Source of the DNA: an uncultured Phycisphaerales bacterium
Lineage (GTDB): Bacteria; Planctomycetota; Phycisphaerae; Sedimentisphaerales; Anaerobacaceae
Assembly: GCA_963772725.1 (NCBI GenBank)
Contig: CAVYYI010000003.1
Coordinates: 416,001-480,000 of the forward strand
DNA: 64,000 bases
Direction of reading: 5' to 3'
Shown: positions 54,276 through 64,000 of the stretch, piece after piece
How positions within the stretch are numbered: the first letter of the stretch is position 1
Layout: the number at the start of each line of letters is the position of its first letter
The notes under the pieces: generated by a model
Databases searched by the model: none
Told to the model about the DNA's origin: nothing
Seen by the model: the letters and a program-made list of their open reading frames with translations, nothing else
Program-made: the position numbers and the translations under genes

Positions 54276-54716
54276 TTATTCTTCCTTGACTTTGATTTTT
54301 ACGGCTTTAGCTTTCTCTGATTTCGGCATAGTGATAGAGAGTATTCCGTCTTTGCATACCGCTGCTATCCTGCTCTGGTCAATTTCACTGGGCAGAGTCA
54401 TATCCCTTCTAAAGCTGCCATATATTCTCTCCGCATGATAGTAGCCTTTTTCTCTTTTTTCTTCTTCGCGTTTCTTTTCGCCGGTGATTGTCAGTATGTT
54501 GCCTCGAACGGAAATGTCTATATCATCGGCTTTGCAGCCTGGAATTTCAGCTTTAACCATTACCGAATCCTCGGTCTCTGAAACATCAATCGCCGGCCAG
54601 AGCGATTGTCCGGAGAATGGCTCAAGTCCGCCGAAAACAGAGCTGAACAAATCATCTACATAATCGTGGAAACGTGCCAATTCATTTCTTTCTTTTCTTG
54701 CTGGTAGAATTGACAT
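54276..54716 (-). CDS. Hsp20 / alpha-crystallin small heat-shock protein
   Basis: PAIDVSE, AEIPG, ERIYGSFRR, DGILSITMPK. Confidence 0.95.
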   Translation of the reverse strand: MSILPARKERNELARFHDYVDDLFSSVFGGLEPFSGQSLWPAIDVSETEDSVMVKAEIPGCKADDIDISVRGNILTITGEKKREEEKREKGYYHAERIYGSFRRDMTLPSEIDQSRIAAVCKDGILSITMPKSEKAKAVKIKVKEE

Positions 54717-54786
54717 AATAAACCCCTTTCTGGTCCATCGACCAATCTGAACTGAGTTTTTTATTCTTAACTCTACTTTACTAATA

Positions 54787-54802
54787 CGCAAAATATGTGC
54801 CA
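54787..54802 (-). promoter_or_regulatory. Sigma54 -24/-12 promoter of hsp20
   Basis: TGGCAC-atatt-TTGCG about 70 nt upstream of the start. Confidence 0.7.
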
Positions 54803-54969
54803 GTGTGCTGACCTTTTCTAATCATTAAAATCCGCCGAAATTACGCCTTTGAATACTGCAAAAACTGCCTCCAAACTGCCAATTTGACACTATTTTGCTT
54901 GTCTGTCAGCAACTCAACATTTTTGAAAAATTTGACTTTTTCCTCCGTTTGACTGATAATCGCTCGTTT

Positions 54970-55541
54970 ATGAATATCGTTAATACTCTTATACCGGTTT
55001 TTTGCATAATCGCACTCGGGGCGGTGCTGCGAAAGATGCGTTTTATGTCAGCGGATTTCGTTCGCGGGCTCAATAAGCTTACGTACTGGGTAGGCCTGGC
55101 GTGCCTGCTGTTTTATACTATCGCCGATGTTTCCTATAATTATCAGGTCGCAGGCAAAACATTCCTGGTTGTTTTTATCGGGACGCTGGTATGTGTCGCG
55201 GCTGGTTATGTCTTCGCGTTTTTGCTTCGTCTTGGCGCGGCATCGATAGGTACATTTGTTCAGGGGCCAGCCGTGCGAATCTCGCTTATGTGGGATTGCC
55301 CATAATATTTTACAGCTTTTCCCACAGCAACGCTGATATGGCCAAAATAGGCGCGATAATGGCGATAACGCTTGCCATCATTGAGCCGATTTACAATGTT
55401 ATCAGTGTTGTTACGCTTCTGGGCAGCCAGCATAAAATCGACCGGTATGTACCGGGAAAAATATTTCGCCAGATAATAAAAAATCCGCTGAAAAAAATGA
55501 GTAGGTTATTGCCATTTATTTGCTTGTGCTGTAAAATCTGA
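54970..55541 (+). pseudogene. AEC-family transporter, N-terminal half only (also frameshifted)
   Basis: LIPVFCIIALG, LNKLTYWV, RANLAYVGLP, IIKNPL, then homology appears to stop. Confidence 0.75.
55509..55537 (+). promoter_or_regulatory. Sigma70-type promoter
   Basis: TTGCCA-17 nt-TAAAAT. Confidence 0.5.
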
Positions 55542-55599
55542 CCTTAGAAAAAGAGTCCCACCGAAATAAAGTAAGATTTGGGATGGAAAGGAGATTAAT

Positions 55600-55695
55600 A
55601 TGCTTTTGATAAGCACTTGGCAATGGGGTCTTATCGGTGTGGGTGCTGTAATTCTGGTTGTCGCCATTGTAATGAAAATGAAAGGACAAAGTTAG
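55600..55695 (+). CDS. 31-aa single-pass membrane peptide (absent from ORF track)
   Basis: AAAGGAG RBS 6 nt before ATG; MLLISTWQWGLIGVGAVILVVAIVMKMKGQS. Confidence 0.7.
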   Translation: MLLISTWQWGLIGVGAVILVVAIVMKMKGQS

Positions 55696-55775
55696 CCCGG
55701 CAGCGACTTTGGCAAACTATTCCTGACCGATTAGTAAAAGCCCGCGATGAAGAAGGGAATAAAACTCATACTAAT

Positions 55776-58322
55776 ATGCAAACAGATGATTTAGATATTA
55801 AAAACATCAGCGGTCTTTCAGAAAAAGAGGTTCAGGAGCGTCTCAACAAGGAAGGTTATAACGAACTTCCCTCAATGAAGCCCAGAAGTGTTTTTGCCAT
55901 CGCTTTTGAGGTTATTAAAGAGCCGATGTTTTTGCTGCTTGTCGCCTGCGGCACAATTTACCTGCTGACAGGCGAGTTTCAGGATGCGTCCCTGCTTTTG
56001 GGATTTGTGTTTGTTGTAATGGGTATCACTCTTTACCAGGAGCGTAAAACCGAGAGAGCGATTGAGGCTTTACGGGATTTAACCAGTCCGCGAGCGTTGG
56101 TAATAAGAGACGGTATTCAAAAAAGAATCGCCGGCCGTGAAGTCGTTCGCGGGGACATTCTTATATTAACCGAAGGCGACCGTGTGCCGGCAGATGCCAT
56201 TATACTGTGGTCTCGAAATCTGACCGCGGATGAATCACTCCTCACGGGGGAATCAGTGGCTGTACGCAAACAGCCAGCCAGTTCCGTTGAAAATATGAAA
56301 AGACCAGGCGGAGAAGATACGCCTTTTATTTATTCGGGCACACTCATCGTACAGGGTCAAGGACTGGCCAGAGTTGCGGCAACAGGCGCCGCAACTGAAA
56401 TCGGCAAAATCGGCAAATCGCTGCAGACATTGAAGCAGGAAAGAACACCGCTGCAAATTGAAACCGGAATAATGGTTCGCAATCTTGCCGCTGCCGGACT
56501 TCTTTTATGTTTGATAGTTTTAGTAATATATGGTCTCACGCGGCATAACTGGTATGGCGGGACACTCGCCGGTTTAACATTGGCTATGTCGATATTGCCC
56601 GAAGAGCTGCCCGTAATACTGACGATATTTCTCGCTATGGGGGCATGGCGCATTTCGCAAAACAGGGTGCTTACCAGGCGCATTCCCGCCGTTGAAACCC
56701 TCGGGGCGGCAACCGCTCTATGCGTTGATAAGACCGGCACTCTTACAATGAACCGGATGTCGGTGAGTAAAATCTGCGCCAACGATGAGTTTTACGATGT
56801 CCGAAGCCGGAAAAAAGAACCCTTGCCTGAAAGATTCCACGAGGTTCTTGAATTCGGTATTTTAGCCAGTAAGCGCGACCCATTCGACCCGATGGAAAAA
56901 GCCCTTAAGCAATTAGGCGACCAGAAACTTTCCGACACCGAGCATCTGCATTTCGACTGGACACTCGTGCAGGAATATCCGCTATCGCATAACCTGCTGG
57001 CGTTATCGCACGTTTGGCAGGCAAAAGGCAGCAGCGAATATGTTATCGCCGCCAAAGGCGCCCCTGAAGCGATTGCCGATTTATGTCACCTGGATAAATC
57101 CCAAACAGATAAAATTATTCAAGCCGTTACAACGATGGCCAACGAGGGTTTGCGTGTACTGGGGATCGCGGCAACATCTTTCAACCACCATATTCTCCCT
57201 GAGCAGCAGCACGATTTTACATATAAATTCATTGGACTTGTCGGTTTGTCCGACCCTGTCAGACCAGGCGTTGCAGAAGCCGTAAAAGAATGCTACGAGG
57301 GTGGAATACGCATTTTAATGATAACAGGAGATTATCCCGGTACTGCGCAGAATATAGCACGGGAAATAGGACTTAAGCCCGCAGATGATGTCATAACAGG
57401 CTATGAACTCGAAAAAATGTCTGACAGCGAACTTAGGGAACGTATAAAAACAGTAAGTATTTTCGCCCGGGTTGTTCCGGAACAGAAACTTCAAATAGTA
57501 AATGCCCTCAAGGCAAATGGCGAAATTGTCGCCATGACCGGCGACGGTGTCAACGACGCTCCAGCGCTCAAATCGGCCCATATCGGTGTGGCGATGGGAG
57601 GCAGAGGCACAGACGTCGCGCGGGAGGCATCAGCCATCGTGCTGCTCGATGATAATTTTTCCTCGATTGTTCACGCGGTAAAATTGGGACGGCAGATTTT
57701 CGATAATATAAAAAAGGCAATCGGCTATGTCTTCGCTGTTCACGTCCCGATAGCGGGTATGTCCCTGATACCTGTGCTTCTGGGCTGGCCCCTGGTGCTG
57801 CTGCCGGTGCATATCGTGTTTCTCGAACTTATTATCGACCCGACATGTTCGATTATTTTCGAGGCCGAATTGCCTGAAAAAAATATAATGAAGCGAAAAC
57901 CCAGAAACCCAAAAGAACCTTTGTTCCGCAGGCGAATGGTCGAAATAAGCGTTTTGCAGGGAATAGTTGTGCTGCTTGTTGTGCTGGCTGTTTTCGGAGT
58001 TACAAAGTATTTGTCGCGAAACGAAAATGAGGCAAGAGCGCTGACTTTTACAACGCTTATAATCTCCAATCTTGGCCTTATTCTGACAAACCGCTCGTGG
58101 TCACAAACCATATTTTCGATGCTTCGTTCCCCGAACAAAGCCTTATGGTGGGTAATAGGCGGAGCGACAGCGATGCTCGCCGCCGTGCTTTACGTTCCCA
58201 TTCTGCAGAATATCTTTAAATTTTCAATACTGCACCCGCTCAACCTGGTAATATGTTTTGTTCTTGGCGTAAGCAGTATTCTCTGGTTTGAACTAATGAA
58301 GGTTTTTCAGAAAAGCAGATAA
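55776..58322 (+). CDS. Cation-transporting P-type ATPase (P2-type)
   Basis: LTGES, PEELP, DKTGTLT, KGAPE, TGD, GDGVNDAPALK; start taken at MQTDD. Confidence 0.95.
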   Translation: MQTDDLDIKNISGLSEKEVQERLNKEGYNELPSMKPRSVFAIAFEVIKEPMFLLLVACGTIYLLTGEFQDASLLLGFVFVVMGITLYQERKTERAIEALRDLTSPRALVIRDGIQKRIAGREVVRGDILILTEGDRVPADAIILWSRNLTADESLLTGESVAVRKQPASSVENMKRPGGEDTPFIYSGTLIVQGQGLARVAATGAATEIGKIGKSLQTLKQERTPLQIETGIMVRNLAAAGLLLCLIVLVIYGLTRHNWYGGTLAGLTLAMSILPEELPVILTIFLAMGAWRISQNRVLTRRIPAVETLGAATALCVDKTGTLTMNRMSVSKICANDEFYDVRSRKKEPLPERFHEVLEFGILASKRDPFDPMEKALKQLGDQKLSDTEHLHFDWTLVQEYPLSHNLLALSHVWQAKGSSEYVIAAKGAPEAIADLCHLDKSQTDKIIQAVTTMANEGLRVLGIAATSFNHHILPEQQHDFTYKFIGLVGLSDPVRPGVAEAVKECYEGGIRILMITGDYPGTAQNIAREIGLKPADDVITGYELEKMSDSELRERIKTVSIFARVVPEQKLQIVNALKANGEIVAMTGDGVNDAPALKSAHIGVAMGGRGTDVAREASAIVLLDDNFSSIVHAVKLGRQIFDNIKKAIGYVFAVHVPIAGMSLIPVLLGWPLVLLPVHIVFLELIIDPTCSIIFEAELPEKNIMKRKPRNPKEPLFRRRMVEISVLQGIVVLLVVLAVFGVTKYLSRNENEARALTFTTLIISNLGLILTNRSWSQTIFSMLRSPNKALWWVIGGATAMLAAVLYVPILQNIFKFSILHPLNLVICFVLGVSSILWFELMKVFQKSR

Positions 58323-58359
58323 CCGTGATGTTTCCCTCTGATACCTTTTCGTCATAACC

Positions 58360-60010
58360 TCACGCTCTTTGCAATGCTTCGCTGTAAACGATTTTTTTGA
58401 TGGCATTGAAAGCTTCTATAACCACCACAAAAGCCAGCAGGAGTAATACGCCGGCGATTATGCCCACCACGGAAAATTTATACTGTTTGAGAAGCAGTAT
58501 CAGCGCCCAGATTGTTATGAAGTTCATAAATATCATAGGCACAAGAACGAAGAATGTTTTTTTGCCTTTGCTTTTCAGCCAGATGGCGATTACGAGAAGC
58601 ACCAAGCCCGCCAAAAGCTGATTGGTTGCCCCGAACACGGGCCAGATGGCTTTCCACGCCGGAATTATCTTGCCGCTCGTGTCTTTTAGCGTAATCAGGA
58701 CAAATATTGTCGGCAGTACAAGCGTGGCCACTGTTGACAGATACCGCCATTTTGTTTCTTTGAGTCCGAAAAATTCTTCAAAAATATATCGGCCTAATCT
58801 CGTGGCCGTATCGAGCGTAGTGAGGATAAATGTAGATAAAGCAAGCAGTCCGAATGAAAAACCCAGTTTTTCAGGCATACCGAAAACCGAAAGGAATTTT
58901 CCCATTCCTGTCCCATAGATTACCAATGGCGCTTTTGTAGTGAGGGGGTCGCCTTTTGCGAGCATAGCAACCGTTGCCAGCGCAACAACCGCGACGATTC
59001 CCTCGATAAGCATCGCGCCGTAACCGATGGTTTTGGCGTCCGATTCCTTATTGAGCTGCTTTGAAGTCGTTCCCGATGCGACAATTGAATGAAAACCCGA
59101 ACATGCGCCGCACGCTACAGTAATAAACAGAATTGGAAACAAGCCTCCAAGCTGTGAATCTGTCCATGTTGTAAAAAAAGACTGTTGCAAAGCGAATCCG
59201 CCGAATAATATACCGGCAAAGCCGCCGATGACAGAGGCATATAAAAGAAAGGATGATAAATAATCTCTCGGCTGGAGCAAAATCCAGACTGGTGTCGTCG
59301 AGGCGACAAAACAGTAAATAATCAGGAAAATATCCCACGTCTTTGCAGTATCATTGCCAATAAATTTCGGCACTATCTCGGATGAAAGAGGAATCTTCTG
59401 GCCAAACCACACAGCAGCAAAAACGAGAGGCACAAAAATCAGAGACGACCATAATACCGGAACTTTTAATCTATATACCGAAAACCCAAAACCGACCGCC
59501 AGGGCCATAAACATAATCGAAGACGTCGCCACGCCTCCATCTTCGACAAAAGTTGTCGAAGTCAAATCTGTAAAAACGGTCAGCACATAAATAAGAGACA
59601 GCCATATAAACGCCAGCAGCAGCTTGTAAGAAAGCGGCGAAACATATTCTTTGGCTATTTCCGCGATTGAACGCGCCTTATGCCGCACCGAGGCCATCAG
59701 TGTCGAAAAATCGTGAACGCCCCCGATGAAAATCGCGCCTTATAATTACCCACAACAATACCGGAAGCCACCCAAAAGCAACCGCAGCTATGATTGGCCC
59801 CACTACAGGCCCCGCCCCGGCAATAGAAGAAAAATGATGACCGAGCAAAACAGCCTTATGTGCCGGTACGCGGTCAATTCCATCATAATCCGTATGACTC
59901 GGCGTCGGTCGATTGTCGTCAACATCGTAATGTTTTTCGAGAAAGCGACCGTAAACAAAATAAGCCCCCACAAATAAAACCGCTGCGACAAAAAGAATAC
60001 CCGCTAACAT
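58360..60010 (-). CDS. cstA: Carbon starvation protein A (frameshift near 59730)
   Basis: GHHFSSIAGAGP, LLQPRDYL, ACGACSGFHS, TTLDTATRL, FGATNQL. Confidence 0.93.
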
Positions 60011-60020
60011 TTTTTTACTC

Positions 60021-61358
60021 CTAACTTTTCCAGTCCGCATCTCTTGTTTTCGGCCGAACCATAAGTCTTATAGGTACCTCCTGTATCGGGAGCATCGATT
60101 GAAGTCTGCCGATAATAAATCTCAAATAATTTTCCTCGAACAATTCGGGGTTATTCACAAACATAAGTATCGTTACCGGGTTGGCGGCTACCTGCGTTGC
60201 GTAATAAATCTTAGGCGTTCCTCCCCTGCCGGGTTTTGATGTTCCGATTCGTTCTTCCTTGATAGCTTCGAAGGCTTTGTTCAGCTTCGGTGTCGGTATC
60301 ATTGTTATCGTCTGCTTGAATAATTCTGTCGCCAAATCAAGGACACTTTGGATATTCTTCGAATCGGTGGCTGTTGTAAAAGCAATCGGAACCGACTTTA
60401 GCTGCGAAAGGTGTTTGGTCAGATATTTCTCATAATCATCGGTCGAAGCCCTGTCCTTTGCCAGGTCCCATTTATTGATGACCAGTATGCAGGTCTTGTA
60501 CTGCTCGGCGATGAAATTGGCCAGCTTCTTATCGACCTGTGATATCGGCACCGTCGCGTCAATGAGAAACAGCACTACGTCAGCCCTGGTTATCGCCCTA
60601 GTCGCGCGGACAAAACCGTAAAATTCAATATCGTTTTCCATCTTATTTTTTTTGCGTACGCCCGCCGTATCAATGACCAGGATAATTTTGCCGTCCTTTT
60701 CAATCCGCACGTCAACTGCGTCACGCGTCGTGCCGGGTATTTCACTGACAATGACGCGTTCCTCACCCGCCATAGCGTTTACAATACTGCTTTTGCCGGC
60801 GTTTCGCTTACCGACGATGGCAAGTTTCATTACCGGTTCAGGAGGTCTTGCTGACTTGGTGATGTCGAGTCTTTTGAAAATTTCATCCAGCAGAACACCC
60901 TTATTTACATTGCTCGCCGCGGAGACACAGAGAAACTCACCGAAGCCCAGCCGGACAAATTCTCCTGCTGCAGGGAACATCGAAGATGTGTCGGCTTTAT
61001 TAGCCACACCGAGAACGTTGAGCTTTTTTCTTCGCAGAATCTGGGATATTTTTGTATCCAGCGGCGTAATACCCTCGCGAATATCTGTAACGAACAGAAC
61101 CAGCGAGGCGGAATCTATCGCCTTTTGAATCTGCTCGTGGATATGGTCGCTGAGATGGTCGGAATCCACGACGCCGTAACCACCCGTATCGACAAGCTCG
61201 ATATAGCGCTCGTCTTTTCCAATCAGGGTACTTACGCGGTCTCGTGTTACCCCTGCCGTTGGCTCAACAATGCTTATCCTCTCACCGGCCAAAGCGTTTA
61301 ACAAACTGCTTTTGCCAACATTAGGCCGACCTATTATCGCTACAACCGGTAATCCCAT
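60021..61358 (-). CDS. der: Ribosome biogenesis GTPase Der
   Basis: Two G domains: GRPNVGKS/DTGG/NKAD and GKRNAGKS/DTAG/NKWD. Confidence 0.97.
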   Translation of the reverse strand: MGLPVVAIIGRPNVGKSSLLNALAGERISIVEPTAGVTRDRVSTLIGKDERYIELVDTGGYGVVDSDHLSDHIHEQIQKAIDSASLVLFVTDIREGITPLDTKISQILRRKKLNVLGVANKADTSSMFPAAGEFVRLGFGEFLCVSAASNVNKGVLLDEIFKRLDITKSARPPEPVMKLAIVGKRNAGKSSIVNAMAGEERVIVSEIPGTTRDAVDVRIEKDGKIILVIDTAGVRKKNKMENDIEFYGFVRATRAITRADVVLFLIDATVPISQVDKKLANFIAEQYKTCILVINKWDLAKDRASTDDYEKYLTKHLSQLKSVPIAFTTATDSKNIQSVLDLATELFKQTITMIPTPKLNKAFEAIKEERIGTSKPGRGGTPKIYYATQVAANPVTILMFVNNPELFEENYLRFIIGRLQSMLPIQEVPIRLMVRPKTRDADWKS

Positions 61359-61492
61359 AAGTTCCACCTGCTTCAAAATGAAAAATCATATAAAAAATTA
61401 TTATACCACAACCCCGTCCAAATCCAAAGTGAGATTTAATATATGCTCGCCTTGTGGTTTTTTCACGATTTCTGCTTAACACGGGAAATAGC

Positions 61493-62647
61493 CTAACCTC
61501 TGCGGAAAAAGTTCCCCGGCAACTGCTTTATAATCCCCTTTAGCCGAAGGGAAACAAGACCGGCGTTTATACTCCCCGGCGATAAATCCATCTCAGCGAT
61601 TATCTCCTCAAGATGCACAGGCTCATCGCCGAGACAGCCGTAAATCATTTTTTCATCATCGCTAAGGTTCAGCATACTAATATCGAATAAAGGCTTTTCA
61701 ATCTGTTCAGCGGCTGTCTGGGCCGCGCGAGAAGTATGGCTTTCCAATTGCTCGCCGATTTGGCCCAGCGCGTCCATCACGTCTTCAACCGATTCAATCA
61801 GCTTGGCCCCATCTTTTATCAATTGATGCGACCCTTTATTTAGCGGCGAATCAATCTTGCCAGGCACAGCCATTACCTCACGGTCGTTCTCCAGTGCCAT
61901 TCTCGCCGTAATCATCGCTCCCGAATTTAAACCAGCCTCGACAATAATTGTCCCCAGTGACATTCCGGCGATTATCCTGTTGCGCGAAGGGAAATTTTCC
62001 GCCAGCGGCTCATATTGCAGCGGCAACTCGCTGATACACGCGCCTGATTCGGTGATAAGCTCGAAGAGTTTTTTATTTTCAGGCGGAAATATGTTTGCCA
62101 GTCCGCAGCCCTGAACGGCTATGGTTCGCCCCTTTGCGGAAAGCGCCCCCTGATGCGCGGATGTGTCGATTCCGCGAGCCATTCCGGAGCAGACTGTAAA
62201 ACCCGCTGAGCATAATAAATGCGCAAATCGCGAAGCCTGCTCCTGTCCGTACACGCTGCACCGCCTTGAACCGACTATCGCAATTGACAGGTTGTCGCTA
62301 CGGGCTAAAGTGCCTTTGATATAAAGCACAGGCGGCGGGTCGTAAATCCGCTTCAATACAGGCGGATAACGCTCGTCATCGAGGCTGATAATCCAGACGT
62401 TGAGCTTGTCGGCCAATTCGAGTTCTGTTTTGGCGTCGAAATTATTGCGGCTGCGGGCAATCTTTTCCGCTGTTTTTGAGCCTATACCTTCAACCCGGGT
62501 CATTTCGCTGACCGATGCGCCGAGGATTTGGTCGATAGTGCCGAAATGCTTCATCAAATTCCGCAAAATTACAGGGCCGACCCCGTCAGCGCCGCTTAAA
62601 CAAAGCCATTTTTCGATATCCGCCGAACTCCGCTGTTTTTCAGACAT
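61493..62647 (-). CDS. dprA: DNA-processing protein DprA
   Basis: AIVGSR, SGMARGID, FPSRNRII, AVPG, C-terminal winged helix. Confidence 0.96.
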   Translation of the reverse strand: MSEKQRSSADIEKWLCLSGADGVGPVILRNLMKHFGTIDQILGASVSEMTRVEGIGSKTAEKIARSRNNFDAKTELELADKLNVWIISLDDERYPPVLKRIYDPPPVLYIKGTLARSDNLSIAIVGSRRCSVYGQEQASRFAHLLCSAGFTVCSGMARGIDTSAHQGALSAKGRTIAVQGCGLANIFPPENKKLFELITESGACISELPLQYEPLAENFPSRNRIIAGMSLGTIIVEAGLNSGAMITARMALENDREVMAVPGKIDSPLNKGSHQLIKDGAKLIESVEDVMDALGQIGEQLESHTSRAAQTAAEQIEKPLFDISMLNLSDDEKMIYGCLGDEPVHLEEIIAEMDLSPGSINAGLVSLRLKGIIKQLPGNFFRRG

Positions 62648-62929
62648 ATTACCCTTTTAAACCAAAAAAGTATGAATTTCGCTTATAAATACGGGAGATT
62701 AACATACAGACACGTTTTTGACAAGTGGACACAAAAAATAGAAGATGTTCTTTGTTCGGGATTCCAAGCGACCGGCGGCAGCTTCAGGCCGAATGACGCC
62801 ATAAAAAAGGTGCCTGCTAAAAACGCAGGCCCCGAATTGATACAAACTAAATGCTCTAATGCGAAATTACTTCTTTTCTTCCCCAAAAGCAGGATCTGGA
62901 TGTCGGCATTTTAAGGTTTTTCGATATGA

Positions 62930-64000
62930 TTACAGACGGTCGTTTTCTCTTGTTATTTTGGCGCCAAGAGGGTTGAGCTTTTCCTCGATTTTTTCATAGC
63001 CTCTGTCAATATGATAAACCCTGTTGACAACAGTAGTTCCCTGGGCGGCTAAGCCAGCCAAAACCAAAGCGGCCGATGCCCTTAAGTCCGATGCCATTAC
63101 CGGAGCGGCAATGAGCTTTTTAACGCCGGAAATGATAACCGCGGGGCCTTCTTTTCGAAGGTTTGCAGCCATTCGGTTCAGTTCGGCGACGTGCATATAT
63201 CTATCGGGGAAAATCTTTTCGACGACAACGCTGATGCCATTGCCCATCGCGAGAAGCGCCATAAACTGTGCCTGCAAATCGGTGGGAAAGCCAGGATATG
63301 GCTGGGTGGTAATGTCGGCGGTTTTGATGTGGCCTTTCCTGGCGACTACACAGCCGCCATCATCGGATTCGACGGTAATACCTACGCTTCTTAACTTATC
63401 GACGACCGCGAGCAAATCGTCAACACGGCAATTGTTTATCTTTACCTGCCCTTTGGTTATCGCGGCGGCGACCATAAAAGTGCCGGCCTCAATCCTGTCG
63501 GGAATAACCTTGTATTCGACCGGATGCATTTCCTTTACACCTTCAATGACAAGCCGCGGAGAACCTATGCCGCTTATTTTTGCGCCCATCGCGTTAAGAT
63601 AATTCGCCAGGTCAGCGACTTCCGGTTCGCAGGCGGCCGACTCAATGACGGTTTTTCCTCTTGCCAGAGAAGCGGCCATCATCACATTGGCGGTACCGAG
63701 AACAGTAGAGCCGAACGAACCGCCGAGAAAAATATTTTTGCCTCTAAGGCCCTTTGCGGGTGCCTCTGCGACGATATAGCCATTTTTGAGATGTATCTTT
63801 GCGCCAAGTTCCTGCAAACCCCTGATGTGAATATCGACCGGCCTGTCGCCGATAGCGCAGCCTCCGGGCATCGAGACTTCCGCTCTGCCGCAACGGGCGA
63901 CCAGGGGGCCGAGAATGCAGATACTGGCCCTCATTTTTCGGACAATCTCGTAATCGCCGACAGGATTATCGACGGTTGAGGCGTCGATGCACATATCGCC
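62930..64000 (-). CDS. murA: UDP-N-acetylglucosamine enolpyruvyl transferase (5' end outside window)
   Basis: KMRAS, PGGCAIGDRP, PDRIEAGT, PGFPTDLQ, DLRA, HIDRGY. Confidence 0.97.
   Translation of the reverse strand, partial: GDMCIDASTVDNPVGDYEIVRKMRASICILGPLVARCGRAEVSMPGGCAIGDRPVDIHIRGLQELGAKIHLKNGYIVAEAPAKGLRGKNIFLGGSFGSTVLGTANVMMAASLARGKTVIESAACEPEVADLANYLNAMGAKISGIGSPRLVIEGVKEMHPVEYKVIPDRIEAGTFMVAAAITKGQVKINNCRVDDLLAVVDKLRSVGITVESDDGGCVVARKGHIKTADITTQPYPGFPTDLQAQFMALLAMGNGISVVVEKIFPDRYMHVAELNRMAANLRKEGPAVIISGVKKLIAAPVMASDLRASAALVLAGLAAQGTTVVNRVYHIDRGYEKIEEKLNPLGAKITRENDRL

Noticed and set aside
55617..55775. Cys-rich N-terminal extension of the P-type ATPase in the ORF track
   Set aside because: TTG start without RBS, overlapping the better-supported 31-aa ORF; MQTDD at 55776 is the likelier start
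62672..62914. Short ORFs between murA and dprA
   Set aside because: No RBS or recognisable motifs on either strand

Overview
A 64 kb stretch of chromosomal backbone from a diderm bacterium. Gene content (DUF2617, TMTC-like TPR paralogues, Hanks kinase style, kdsD/kdsC, ETF group) suggests Planctomycetota, probably Phycisphaerae/Sedimentisphaerales; this is inference, not a database result. The window holds typA, a lipoprotein serpin, mtnN plus an NCS2 permease, dtd, a Ser/Thr kinase, two GT-C/TPR proteins, hisA, rnc, pyruvoyl arginine decarboxylase plus agmatinase, pyrKD, kdsD-kdsC-Lpt-like, etfBA-acyl-CoA dehydrogenase, mlaD, rnpA, a full F-type ATP synthase operon, a DeoR-linked 2-oxoacid/acetoin dehydrogenase E1-E2 operon, hsp20, a P-type ATPase, cstA, der, dprA and murA. 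There are two complete IS elements: an IS66 with 8-bp target duplication and an IS630 flanked by TA. About 15 genes, including housekeeping ones, carry single-base frameshifts, which most likely reflects an unpolished long-read consensus. No rRNA, tRNA or CRISPR array was seen. The best leads are a hidden Arg-rich leader peptide before the arginine decarboxylase operon, a 31-aa membrane peptide before the P-type ATPase, recurrent 7-nt-period intergenic arrays, an exported nucleosidase paired with a nucleobase permease, a large LptC/LptA-like protein, and a Met/CPMC-rich secreted protein.
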